DNA of 64,000 bases from assembly GCA_963782525.1 (NCBI GenBank), contig CAWAKC010000007.1:288001-352000 (forward strand), given 5' to 3'. Position 1 is the stretch's first letter. Each line of letters opens with the position of its first letter. Shown one piece after another: positions 38,366 through 47,925 of the stretch. The notes beneath the pieces are model-generated. The model did not search any database. It was not told the origin of the DNA and saw only the letters and a program-made list of their open reading frames with translations. This stretch comes from Candidatus Bathyarchaeota archaeon. GTDB lineage: Archaea > Thermoproteota > Bathyarchaeia > Bathyarchaeales > Bathycorpusculaceae. Both the position numbers and the translations under genes were made by a program.

Positions 38366-39523
38366 CTATGTTTGGCCGTTGAATATTTTATCCATGTTTG
38401 TTTTGAAACTTCCATTATTGTCCCAAATGCCCCAATGGACGCCTACGGCGCCCTCGTTTGTTTTCCAGGGCTCATCGAACGCTTCAAAATACATAAACGA
38501 GACGTTGCTTGACTTAGCCCATGATACAAAAGTCATGAAGAAGTATCGAGCGTTTTCGGGTGATGGAATGGCGTTTCCAATTTTGTTGCCTGCGCTTGGC
38601 CAGCCAGTTTCTGCAATTATCACTGTTTTTCCGGCTGATGTGGCTATGATCTGTTGGTATGTAATGTTTAGGTGGAATAAGGCTTCATCTACGTTGACTC
38701 CTTGCCAGAAAGGATAGATGTTGGGCATTATGAGGTCGCATGCGTTCATTACTGCTGGGTGTCTTAGTAATTCGGTGTCAGTGTCTGCGGTTGTTACAGG
38801 TATTTCTGGGACAGCTTTCTTGACAGTGTGCATATAGTCTATTAGTTGGGATTCTGTTAAGTCACCTCTAAGAAGCACTTCTGAGCCTACTATGAGAATG
38901 TCTGCATTGCCAGCCTTACCTACGCTTATGAGGTTTGCGATTTCTTGCTGGTTTGCCGTTGTGTCAGAGCTTAGCCATGCCTGGGCAGCTACATTTATAT
39001 TCATTTCATTTGCTATAACGCCTACTTTTTCGAGGCCATGGGTACACCCATAGGTTCTGATCCATTGCGTGTATGGCTTTACAGTGGTCAATAGGTTCCT
39101 TATTTGGTTCTCTGAAATGATCGTGCCGTAGCTTGGATCTTGTCCTGTTTGAGTGAATGGGCTGAAATCCAATCCATATGCTTGGTATGGTGCTGAGAGG
39201 TATAGGGTGATTGTCTTGTTGGAGGTCATGCTAACTGTTGTTGGGTTGGTTGAATTGCTTTCTGTATTATTCCATGCGCTAAACGTCCAACCCTTACTTG
39301 GTGTTGCTATTAGACTTACAGATGAACCTGCTGGGTAGACATGGTCTCCGGCGGATGGATCAGAGGTTCCGTTGCCGATGATTATTATTTTGAGCGTGTA
39401 AGAGGAGAGTATCGGTGAGGGAATAGGGCCAGGAGATATAGCTCCAAAATGTATTGCTGTAGCAAAACCGATAACAAGTGCTACAATAAGGACACCAATT
39501 AGCAATAATCGCTTCTTTTTCAT
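38366..39523 (-). CDS. Membrane-anchored GH17-like beta-1,3-glucanase/transglycosylase with small N-terminal beta repeat
   Basis: WIRTYG, VGSEVLLR, IAETGWPSAG, YFEAFDEPWK, HWGIW; N-terminal TM. Confidence 0.88.
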   Translation of the reverse strand: MKKKRLLLIGVLIVALVIGFATAIHFGAISPGPIPSPILSSYTLKIIIIGNGTSDPSAGDHVYPAGSSVSLIATPSKGWTFSAWNNTESNSTNPTTVSMTSNKTITLYLSAPYQAYGLDFSPFTQTGQDPSYGTIISENQIRNLLTTVKPYTQWIRTYGCTHGLEKVGVIANEMNINVAAQAWLSSDTTANQQEIANLISVGKAGNADILIVGSEVLLRGDLTESQLIDYMHTVKKAVPEIPVTTADTDTELLRHPAVMNACDLIMPNIYPFWQGVNVDEALFHLNITYQQIIATSAGKTVIIAETGWPSAGNKIGNAIPSPENARYFFMTFVSWAKSSNVSFMYFEAFDEPWKTNEGAVGVHWGIWDNNGSFKTNMDKIFNGQT

Positions 39524-39534
39524 CCTGTTTTACC

Positions 39535-40290
39535 CTATTTTGTTAAAGCGTTGGTTGGTTTTTCTATAAGGCCAATTTTTAAGTATGCTACTGCTAGACC
39601 ATATTCGGCATCGCTTCTTATACTAATTAAAGGATTAATCATCCTATCGGTTGGCACAGTGCTAATGTATGTTAATGTTTCATTAAAGGCCTTTATTGGG
39701 TCGCATGCAGAAGAAGGAAAACAGTACAGCGCGGAAATTCCTTTATATAACATTAATTCTGGATCACTAGGAGAATAAGTTGCAGCTTCGCTAAAGCATT
39801 GATAACTAAAGTCAAAGAGGTGAGTATCCATTTCTTCTGTGTAATTACTTGAATTCCCACAATAGTCTATCAAAGACTTTGCATAGCTATATGGAGGCCT
39901 AATATTGGCCTTAACTAAAATAGTCGCATTGTTAATTCCCCAGTCCAAATAAGCAAGCCCCTCACTTCTCAAAACCGAGGGTGAACGCCTAAAGATTTCT
40001 AACGCAGCATCATAAGAGTCAATAGCTTTTTGATAATTTTGGCTATTAAGAAACTTATTACCTTGTGTTATGTCCTCTTGAAAGCTCAATTCTTGGTGAG
40101 GAGCGTTTTCAATGTGGTCAAAAATGCTTACGAATAAGCTCAATGACGCTATAAGCGATGTCACGACCATAATTTTTTGTGTCGTAGTGAGATGCGGAAA
40201 CTTTAGCCATCTTGGGAGCCGCCTCGTTTTGTGATTGTCATGATTAACCTTTGTATTTGTTGAATTAGGATGAGATTTTCTCCTAACCAT
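39535..40290 (-). CDS. Membrane-anchored TPR-like protein
   Basis: TM helix, then QGNKFLNSQNYQKAIDSYDAALEI and YGLAVAYLKIG TPR-like segments. Confidence 0.7.
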   Translation of the reverse strand: MVRRKSHPNSTNTKVNHDNHKTRRLPRWLKFPHLTTTQKIMVVTSLIASLSLFVSIFDHIENAPHQELSFQEDITQGNKFLNSQNYQKAIDSYDAALEIFRRSPSVLRSEGLAYLDWGINNATILVKANIRPPYSYAKSLIDYCGNSSNYTEEMDTHLFDFSYQCFSEAATYSPSDPELMLYKGISALYCFPSSACDPIKAFNETLTYISTVPTDRMINPLISIRSDAEYGLAVAYLKIGLIEKPTNALTK

Positions 40291-40312
40291 TTTTAGCTGG
40301 TCCCCTCAGTTC

Positions 40313-41323
40313 TTAGACGAATTGCAAATCATCTAAATAGAAGGTGCAGCCGTTGGGATTTTGATCTGTATTGGTGACCCAGGTGAATCCGCCCACAACA
40401 TGGCTTAGATCTTTTCCTGTTAAGTCAATTGTGTACTGCTGCCATTGAGCTGAGAGTGTAACTACCGCTGGTTCTGTAGTAACCGCTGGCTGAATCGAGT
40501 CAGGAAACTGTCCAGAAATGCCGCCGACTTTGAACTCGCCTTTCTCACCACCGATTTCGCCGCGAGCCCAGAATGTTAGTTTTGTTACTCCTGTAAGATC
40601 TCGTCCGCCTGTTTTGTCTCCCCAATTGTTAGTTGGGTACTGCCAATAGAGGCCCGCCCATTCGTTACCTTGTGACCCTGCTGCAGAGTAAGTGATTTTA
40701 ATACAAAGAGGTGTTGAATGTGGATTGTTTGTTGAAGCAGTGTCTAATTTGATATCACCCCAATCGCCCATCCATCCTGAGGCATAGAAAAGATTGGTGA
40801 CTGACATAGAAGGGCTTACATCGGATCCAGCTGTAATGTGTAGAGTGTATTTGCAAGAATGTTCTTTACTTTCCTGTGCTCCGATTGCGTATATTGTTAT
40901 TGTGTAGGTTCCTACAGAAGCGTTAGGGCTTGCAGACACTGTTAAAGTAGACGTGAAAGTTGGAGTTGGTTTTCCAATCGGACTGTTAAAAGTTACTGAA
41001 ACGTCTGTCGATTGTTCAGGGGCGCTAAGACTGACATCGTATGGGTATTTTTCCGCTTGCTGGATAGTAACAGTCTCTTGTATAGTGTGACCTTGTTGAA
41101 CCGTACCTTGTATAGGATCAACAGATACGGTGAAATCGCTAACGGGCGCGCGCATATTAGCAAATTGTGGATAGAGACCAACTACCCCGACAACAGCAGC
41201 TATAATTGTGGCTATACTTGCGATTGTTAGCGTATTTTTTTGATTTTTTGACAGACGCCCTTTTCTTTTGGTGGAATTAAAAAATGAATAAATATTTATT
41301 CTTGAAGTAAACCACTTAGCCAT
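40313..41323 (-). CDS. Membrane-anchored Ig-like plus carbohydrate-binding (CBM11/galactose-binding-like) protein
   Basis: TM helix; GTYTITI Ig-like domain; SGWMGD, WAGLYWQ, DLTG..KLTFWARG, WQQYTIDL, FYLDD. Confidence 0.75.
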   Translation of the reverse strand: MAKWFTSRINIYSFFNSTKRKGRLSKNQKNTLTIASIATIIAAVVGVVGLYPQFANMRAPVSDFTVSVDPIQGTVQQGHTIQETVTIQQAEKYPYDVSLSAPEQSTDVSVTFNSPIGKPTPTFTSTLTVSASPNASVGTYTITIYAIGAQESKEHSCKYTLHITAGSDVSPSMSVTNLFYASGWMGDWGDIKLDTASTNNPHSTPLCIKITYSAAGSQGNEWAGLYWQYPTNNWGDKTGGRDLTGVTKLTFWARGEIGGEKGEFKVGGISGQFPDSIQPAVTTEPAVVTLSAQWQQYTIDLTGKDLSHVVGGFTWVTNTDQNPNGCTFYLDDLQFV

Positions 41324-41366
41324 GCCTATACACCCAAAAATCCTTAAATATCATATGTTAGTTCTT

Positions 41367-41439
41367 GCTATATAAGATTTTCAAAGATGAAAATCTGGAG
41401 CTATTTACTTCAAACAGGCTCAAAGAGTGGAGCTATTTA
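41367..41439 (-). promoter_or_regulatory. Candidate promoter/operator of the island cassette
   Basis: TTATATA on the minus strand near 41370; 9-bp IR AGATTTTCA-N4-TGAAAATCT at 41375-41396; direct repeat TGGAGCTATTTA at 41396 and 41428. Confidence 0.5.
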
Positions 41440-42080
41440 ATTAGAAATGATACAGGAGTTTGGTCATCGCCCATATTAGCTGACGATATAGTCTATTTTC
41501 ATTAAAACTATTGTAGCTTGTATGCTTTTGGAAACACAAATCATACCCCTCTCGCTATGATAACTTCTTTAAACTTGCAACTCTAAATACAAACGGACTT
41601 ACCCCTTGCTAACTTGTATGATTGCAATAACATCTAAAGAAAAACTATTCATTCAGTAGCGAGAGTATTTACATAAAAAGTGCGAGAAACTCATCTGTCA
41701 GTTTAGTTAAAAAAATAATTTGAAAAAAAATTCTCCTGAATCTTCTATAACGTGAACTGACAGATGCAGGTTCAGGACCTTAGGCTCTAATTAGTTGCTT
41801 CAAACCGTTAATTTACTGATAAAAAAAGAAAAAGAAGGGACACAAAAATCCAAACTAAATTTACTGATGACATCACTAGGTGCTCCGTGGCCCAAATTAG
41901 ACCAAGAACACTTTATCAAAGAGATAAGCTGATTGTTGAAAAAAAGGTGACTTTGCGAGAGATTTGCCGTTTTAATATTATAGATGCCACAAAAGACCCG
42001 TGTGTTTTCAGTAGAGCTTACTTTAGAAAAAAAAGGGAAAGTTGCGGAGAAACTTGAGTGCTGATATCGCCTCTTTCACT

Positions 42081-42106
42081 GGGGTTTGAATCCCTTCCCC
42101 GGCGCC
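42081..42106 (+). repeat. att-like copy of the tRNA-Ser 3' end
   Basis: GGGGTTTGAATCCCTTCCCCGGCGCC versus tRNA 37322-37347, one mismatch. Confidence 0.92.
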
Positions 42107-42698
42107 TTTCAACAGTATTCACGGCAGCTATTCCCTTGCATAAAGTACGGCTTTTTAGTTAGCATTCATAAGTTATCATAGCAGTCTTTGTGGCAGATTT
42201 TTCCGTACGTTTCTTGACGTATCCCTGTACTTGTATTGTTTAGACAAAATCTGGCTATAGGTAGGATCACCTTACTAAAAGAAACCCTTCACCTCAATCA
42301 TTTTTTATTTATATTTCGGAAGGCTTTGAACACGGATATGTGGCAAGATCTCGGATTTTCGAATGGAAATTCACAGGCAGATTAGAACCAAGAGCTGTTA
42401 AGGCAGTGAATTATTAAGAATTGCACGGCTGTTCCTAAAATAGTTTGCAAAGAATCACGCTCTCTCACAAGAACTCCTAAATGTCGCAGAAAATAGATCC
42501 GTCAACATACAACCACACTCACACCCACACAACCCAACATAGCAACAATGTTGACTGTGTGGCACAATCCCTCTCCCACACTCAAACAGCAAGCCAAAAA
42601 CAGCCCAAACCAAAAAAGCAACCATTCCCAAAGCCACAAGTGTGGTGTGCAATCCTACGCCACCACACCCACACAAAGAACAAAAAACGAATAGCATA

Positions 42699-42714
42699 GG
42701 GTTCAAATCCCTTC
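42699..42714 (+). repeat. Second, shorter att-like copy of the tRNA T-arm
   Basis: GGGTTCAAATCCCTTC, 15/16 match to the tRNA. Confidence 0.6.
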
Positions 42715-42721
42715 TCTATGG

Positions 42722-44617
42722 CTAATTACCGTCTAATCTTTCTTGCTTCAGTAATTTCGTTTTCTTCAAGTAAAATGCTGCAGCAATGGCTATGATACCA
42801 GCTAAAAGTAGCGTTAGAATTATGTAGAAAGTTATTTCGTCGTGGTTGATTGTTGGTTTTGGGCTGCTTTCTGTTGCTTGGATAGGTGTGTTAAGGGTTT
42901 GGATGTTCAAGTCTTTGAAGGATACTGCGTTGTCCACATTGTTTGCAATTAAAAGTATCATGCTATTGTTGCCTGCATCGTAGGAGGTTGCTTTGCTTGC
43001 AATTACAGTTCCATTTGCATCTTCCAGTTTAGTGGCTATTCCGTTCATAGATATAACCGATGAAATGCTGTACCAAGTATTTTCGATTAAATGGTCTGTA
43101 GCATTAACAAAGACAGTGTTGCCTTGATTATCCAATATGTTTGTCAAATCATAGCCGCTTAGTCCCTGAAAGCTTAAACTGTAATTATCTGAGGAGTTAC
43201 TTTGCAGTGTCAAGCAGAATTGGTTGTTGATGGTTTGATTAAAATCGTCAGGTAATGATAGAGGCTCCAATCCCTGGGGTACATTCGCTGGCACTACAAA
43301 CGTTCTTTCAGGTATGAGTAGAGAATGGTTCTGTCTACCTGCCCCCCTCATCGAAATCTCTCGTGCGGGAACGGTTACTGTTTGTGTTTGAACATTTGAA
43401 GGCTCATGTCCTGTAGGCAGTATCATGAAATCGTAGCTGAAGGAAACATTGGTTCCAAGCGGGATGCTGAGAAAATCGTTGACACCCAGATAAGGACGCA
43501 GTTCATAGTTTGCTAGACCATCGTGACCAAAAATGTAGTTGTATTCAGGAGTCTGGAATTGAACAAGGAATTCGGGACCCACAAAAACTGCGAAGGTTTC
43601 GCTATCGGCACCTGCGTATTTTGAATCACCACTCCAGCTTGCCGTAACATAGTAAGTTCCTGTTTGAGTAAAATTCCAAAGCCACAGAAACCCGCCGTAA
43701 CTATTGGTAAAGTTTCCAGAGCAATCGATGCATGCGCCGTTGTGATAGATGTAAAATGTGATGTTTTTGTCTGGTTGCGCAGGTGAGATTAAGCCGGAAA
43801 TTACTAGTGCACGCGAGTTATTTTGGTTGATTAGTGGTTGTTGAGAAAGATTTAGGCTTATTGAAGAAGAAACCAAGGGATAGTCTAATCCCGCTGAAAC
43901 ACGTGCAAGTGAAGAGTCGCCCGCTGTATTGCCAAGAGAAATAATCTCCGCCTGTGCGTTGGCGACAGAATCGGATTGGTCACCGACTTTCCAATCCATC
44001 TTAGCTGTAGCTTCAGCGGTCCAGTATGTTTTGTTGTTGTATTCAAAACTTGTCGGCGTCATAAGCAAAGTGTGGTAGGCTGGACTATATGGAAGATAAA
44101 CTCCTACATTCATATGTCCAGGGTCGATTCCCACATAGTGAATTAAAACAACATCCAACCCTCCAGCCTTCATGATTGAAGCAGCCAGAAGCGACAGGCC
44201 AACGCAATCCGCTGAGTTTTGAACGAGAGTTTCAACAGGATATGCTGCGTCAGTTACTTTGTAGGGAATTTCATGAACCAGTGACAAGACGGCGTCAGCA
44301 AACTGTTCATTGCGATTGGGAAGATATGAGGTTTTGTTTAGAATACATTCTGCAATGGGTTCGACAGCTTGAGGTGTTATTAAATGAGCATAGTCAGCGT
44401 CACTGTTTATTTTGTGAGTTAAGTTTCCAAAGTAGTTGTAAACGGAAGGTGGAATTGAAATGTAAAGTTTATGGCTTAAAACTTCGAATTGAGCCCGAAA
44501 ATTAGGAGTATTACCGTTGCTATCGGCGACAGAGGTGGAGATTAGGAAAGAAGATAGGAGAACGCTCAATAGAAGTACGCTGGCTTTGAGGGATTTAAAA
44601 TGCATCCGAAACCCCAA
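42722..44617 (-). CDS. Secreted, membrane-anchored transglutaminase-like Cys protease with Ig-like domain
   Basis: Signal peptide, YPVETL...ADC, GHM, AEAT putative catalytic triad, C-terminal TM. Confidence 0.78.
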   Translation of the reverse strand: MGFRMHFKSLKASVLLLSVLLSSFLISTSVADSNGNTPNFRAQFEVLSHKLYISIPPSVYNYFGNLTHKINSDADYAHLITPQAVEPIAECILNKTSYLPNRNEQFADAVLSLVHEIPYKVTDAAYPVETLVQNSADCVGLSLLAASIMKAGGLDVVLIHYVGIDPGHMNVGVYLPYSPAYHTLLMTPTSFEYNNKTYWTAEATAKMDWKVGDQSDSVANAQAEIISLGNTAGDSSLARVSAGLDYPLVSSSISLNLSQQPLINQNNSRALVISGLISPAQPDKNITFYIYHNGACIDCSGNFTNSYGGFLWLWNFTQTGTYYVTASWSGDSKYAGADSETFAVFVGPEFLVQFQTPEYNYIFGHDGLANYELRPYLGVNDFLSIPLGTNVSFSYDFMILPTGHEPSNVQTQTVTVPAREISMRGAGRQNHSLLIPERTFVVPANVPQGLEPLSLPDDFNQTINNQFCLTLQSNSSDNYSLSFQGLSGYDLTNILDNQGNTVFVNATDHLIENTWYSISSVISMNGIATKLEDANGTVIASKATSYDAGNNSMILLIANNVDNAVSFKDLNIQTLNTPIQATESSPKPTINHDEITFYIILTLLLAGIIAIAAAFYLKKTKLLKQERLDGN

Positions 44618-44792
44618 CGAACGGTTTTTTACGTGGGTTACTTTGAGTACTTTGAATTAAGTTGGGTATATACCTTTTGAGAATCCGCGTTTTGCTACCA
44701 ATTAGCTCGAGTTTTTCTAAATGAAAGTTTAGCAATGCATTAAGCTGCACTTATTTACCCTTAAGCGTCTACATAGTTCTAGGAGATATCTC

Positions 44793-45386
44793 TTGATGGA
44801 CCCCGTCCGTATTTACTTAGCTGGCCCCGAAGTCTTCCTCAAAAACGCAAAAGAGGTAGGCGAACAAAAGAAAACTCTATGCAGAAAATACGGTTTTGAA
44901 GGCGTGTTTCCCCTGGACAATGAAGTGGACGCCTCGGGTAAAAGCCCAAGGGAAGTTGGTTTATGCATTAGCATAGTGAATGAGGGTTTGATTAAAACCT
45001 GCGACTTTGTGATTGCGAACATTACTCCGTTTAGGGGTCCAAGCGCTGATGTGGGAACCGTCTATGAGATGGGTTTTGCACATGCATTGGGGAAAAAGGT
45101 GTTTGCCTACACCAAAACTGCTGTACTGTTTACTCAGCGCACGGTGAGAGTTCTCAATTTACAAGTTACCCGCAGCAGCGATGGAAAATTAAGAGACTCC
45201 CACGGCATGTTCATTGAAGAAGTAAATTTAACCGATAACCTGATGATAGACGGATGCGTTAATGCAAGCAGCAGACTTTTAGTCGTTGAAGAAGCACCTG
45301 CCGATCAGTTGTTCACTTATTTTGTCGGGTTCGAAAAATGCCTTAAAGCTGCGCAAGAGACTATAAAAAATAGAGCAAAAAAATAA
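44793..45386 (+). CDS. Nucleoside 2-deoxyribosyltransferase family protein
   Basis: IYLAGPEVF, PFRGPSADVGTVYEMGFA, DNLMI. Confidence 0.92.
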   Translation: MMDPVRIYLAGPEVFLKNAKEVGEQKKTLCRKYGFEGVFPLDNEVDASGKSPREVGLCISIVNEGLIKTCDFVIANITPFRGPSADVGTVYEMGFAHALGKKVFAYTKTAVLFTQRTVRVLNLQVTRSSDGKLRDSHGMFIEEVNLTDNLMIDGCVNASSRLLVVEEAPADQLFTYFVGFEKCLKAAQETIKNRAKK

Positions 45387-45406
45387 AAGAAATGCGAAAT
45401 TGTTTT

Positions 45407-45703
45407 TTAGCCCATTATTGTTGGGTGGGCATCCTCTTCGTTGATGTGATGCATTACATGAAGCGCCAAACCTGTGGCGGCGCCAGCTGATAGTCCAACT
45501 AGCAAATAAGTTAGCCATGTGTAACCACCGAGTAATCCAATTACGGCTAAGACGTCAAATCCTAGTGCAATAGCGAGGTAGCCTACGCACCACATTTTAA
45601 CACTCATTCCCCGAGGCTTGTTTATGCCTATGCCGCCCAATGCTCCGAACATTATAAGAAAGCCGACTAATGCGTAGATCCAATCGTAACTCAATCCAAT
45701 CAC
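45407..45703 (-). CDS. Small three-TM membrane protein
   Basis: Three hydrophobic helices, His-rich C-terminus. Confidence 0.65.
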   Translation of the reverse strand: MIGLSYDWIYALVGFLIMFGALGGIGINKPRGMSVKMWCVGYLAIALGFDVLAVIGLLGGYTWLTYLLVGLSAGAATGLALHVMHHINEEDAHPTIMG

Positions 45704-45843
45704 CGTTTAAGTTGGCTATGTTCCCAACGGAGGTTAATTAGCTTATCGAATTGACTTCTGCTTTTGAGACGCATCACAGTTAAGCAGGTAACGTACCGTT
45801 AACCTTTTTTACCCATGACTGGGAATCTTTAAGCCTTAAGGGT

Positions 45844-47925
45844 GTGGACACAGTAACAAACTTTGACGCCAGACAATGTCATAAATGGGCACAGCTATTG
45901 CTTGAGCGAAAACAGAAACTTACCCAAGCTTCAAGCGCAATCTCAAACCAGGATTTTGATTCAGCGAAAAAATTGAATAACCAAATTTTTAACGGGTTTA
46001 TGGGCGGCAAACAAGCTGACCCAGGCATGGCAGGGTCGCTTCTGTATCATATGGCTATGGTTTCGAAGATGGAGTCAGAAACACAAGTTCTGCTTGAAGC
46101 ATTGAATGTAAAGTTGCCATATGTCTCTGTTCAGTTAGGCATGATTTATTGTGATTTTGAATCTGACGCTAAAGAGCTCCTCAAAACAGTAGCCTCTCTC
46201 CCCTTAGGTCTAAAAGAAATAGCAACAAGCCCAAGATTGACAAGCGAGGAAAAAATCGAACTATTCACAAAACTAAAGCAAGAAAACAAAAAAGTCGAAG
46301 CCCTCCTAAACAGCAAGAATCCCAAAGCAACTGAAGCGTTGGAGCAACTGTTCGCCGACTGGGCTGAGCAAGTTATTCGGATGCGTCTTATCCAAGAGTA
46401 CGAAACAATCAAAGGGTTACTGGTTACAGCTGAATTAGCTAAAACAATAGGGTTACCTGCTCTTGAAAAAGCCATGTCAGATGTGCAGGAAAAGTTCGGT
46501 AAGGAAACTGTCGACATCGCCCTCGACGTAACTTTGAAGGTTGGAATGCGCCGAGAAAAGCTGCAGTCAGTCATGTTAAGCGACCACTTCATCAACATGG
46601 CTATGAGCAATGAAACCCTCGATGGGAAAATGGAGTTCCTAAACTGCCCTATCTACGGAGGCCACAAGTACGCCCAAGAAAAATATGGCGTCAGCGACAA
46701 GGTTTCGAATTTGTTCTGTAAACATTTCTGTTTTGCTCACGCCAAAGCGATGCTCGACACCGTCTTGCCTTTCCCATTCACACTCTGGCAGCCTAAACTG
46801 ATAGCAACCCATGGCAACTGTGAATTCTATCTAAAACTCGCCCATTCACCAGAAGCAGAGAAACCGGAACGGTATGTTCCCCTAGTTATGTCTTGGAACG
46901 TTACCCGCGAATGCAACATGAAATGCAGCCACTGCTACATCAACGCAACCGAAAACAAACTTGCCCACGAATTAACCACCGAAGAAGGCAAAAAACTCAT
47001 GGACCAAATATGCCAAGTAAGCAAGCCCCTGCTCATTCTCAGCGGCGGCGAACCCCTCTTGCGCCCAGACATATACGAGTTAATCAAGTATGGCGCATCT
47101 AAGGGTTTGAAGATGGGGTTGGGAAGCAACGGAAGCCTCATCGACGACGTTGTGGCTGCCAAACTTAAGGCGGCTGGTATAGCAACGGTTTCCATCAGCT
47201 TGGATTCTCATATTCCAGCGCAGCACGATGAGTTCCGAGGCGTTGAGGGGGCATGGCAAAAAGCCGTCAACGCATGCAAGGCACTACGAAAAAACAACGT
47301 GCTTGTCCAGGTAAACACCACCTTAACTCAACAGAATTACGACCAAATCGACGACATCATGAATTTAGCCGAGGAAATAGGCGTCGAAAACTTCCACCTC
47401 TTCTTCCTTGTCCCAACGGGCCGCGGCTCAAAACTAACCGATATTTCACCTCAAAAATACGAAGACATGATTTCTAATACCTTTGCCAAAGTTACTAAAC
47501 ACAAGTTGAACGTGCGACCCTCCTGTGCGCCACAGTTCATGCGCATTGCCAAGGGCATGGGCTTAGATATGAGACAATGGGTTCGCGGCTGCATGGCAGG
47601 TTTATACTACTGTCGCATCTACCCCAACGGAGACGTAACCCCCTGCCCCTACCTACCTGTTAAACTTGGCAACATCAAAGAAAAAACCTTCAAAGAAATC
47701 TGGTTTGACTCACCCATCTTCAAAGCCCTGCGGGATCCAAATGCGCTCAAAGGCAAATGCGGGAAATGTGACTACCGCACCTTATGCGGGGGTTGCAGGG
47801 CACGTGCTTATGGGCTTTCAAGCGACTTCATCGATTACTGCGGCGACCTACACGAACCAGGAGAACTAAAAAACGATTACCTCACTGAGGACCCTTGGTG
47901 TGTGTACCAACCAAAAACCCTTTAA
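45844..47925 (+). CDS. Radical SAM/SPASM protein (NirJ/AhbC/AhbD-like) with ~340-aa N-terminal extension
   Basis: WNVTRECNMKCSHC, SGGEPL, SPASM CMAG...C...GDVTPC...CGKC...CGGCRARA, EDPWC. Confidence 0.88.
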   Translation: MDTVTNFDARQCHKWAQLLLERKQKLTQASSAISNQDFDSAKKLNNQIFNGFMGGKQADPGMAGSLLYHMAMVSKMESETQVLLEALNVKLPYVSVQLGMIYCDFESDAKELLKTVASLPLGLKEIATSPRLTSEEKIELFTKLKQENKKVEALLNSKNPKATEALEQLFADWAEQVIRMRLIQEYETIKGLLVTAELAKTIGLPALEKAMSDVQEKFGKETVDIALDVTLKVGMRREKLQSVMLSDHFINMAMSNETLDGKMEFLNCPIYGGHKYAQEKYGVSDKVSNLFCKHFCFAHAKAMLDTVLPFPFTLWQPKLIATHGNCEFYLKLAHSPEAEKPERYVPLVMSWNVTRECNMKCSHCYINATENKLAHELTTEEGKKLMDQICQVSKPLLILSGGEPLLRPDIYELIKYGASKGLKMGLGSNGSLIDDVVAAKLKAAGIATVSISLDSHIPAQHDEFRGVEGAWQKAVNACKALRKNNVLVQVNTTLTQQNYDQIDDIMNLAEEIGVENFHLFFLVPTGRGSKLTDISPQKYEDMISNTFAKVTKHKLNVRPSCAPQFMRIAKGMGLDMRQWVRGCMAGLYYCRIYPNGDVTPCPYLPVKLGNIKEKTFKEIWFDSPIFKALRDPNALKGKCGKCDYRTLCGGCRARAYGLSSDFIDYCGDLHEPGELKNDYLTEDPWCVYQPKTL

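Larger units (their letters stand above)
37349..42106. mobile_element. Degenerate tRNA-Ser-integrated island with no integrase
   Basis: Bounded by the tRNA 3' end and its 25/26 direct repeat at 42081-42106; accessory cargo and long non-coding flanks. Confidence 0.75.

Noticed and set aside
38366-38368. Pyrrolysine/amber read-through of the GH17 TAG
   Set aside because: A TAA follows 28 codons later and no pyl genes are visible; decay is the simpler explanation
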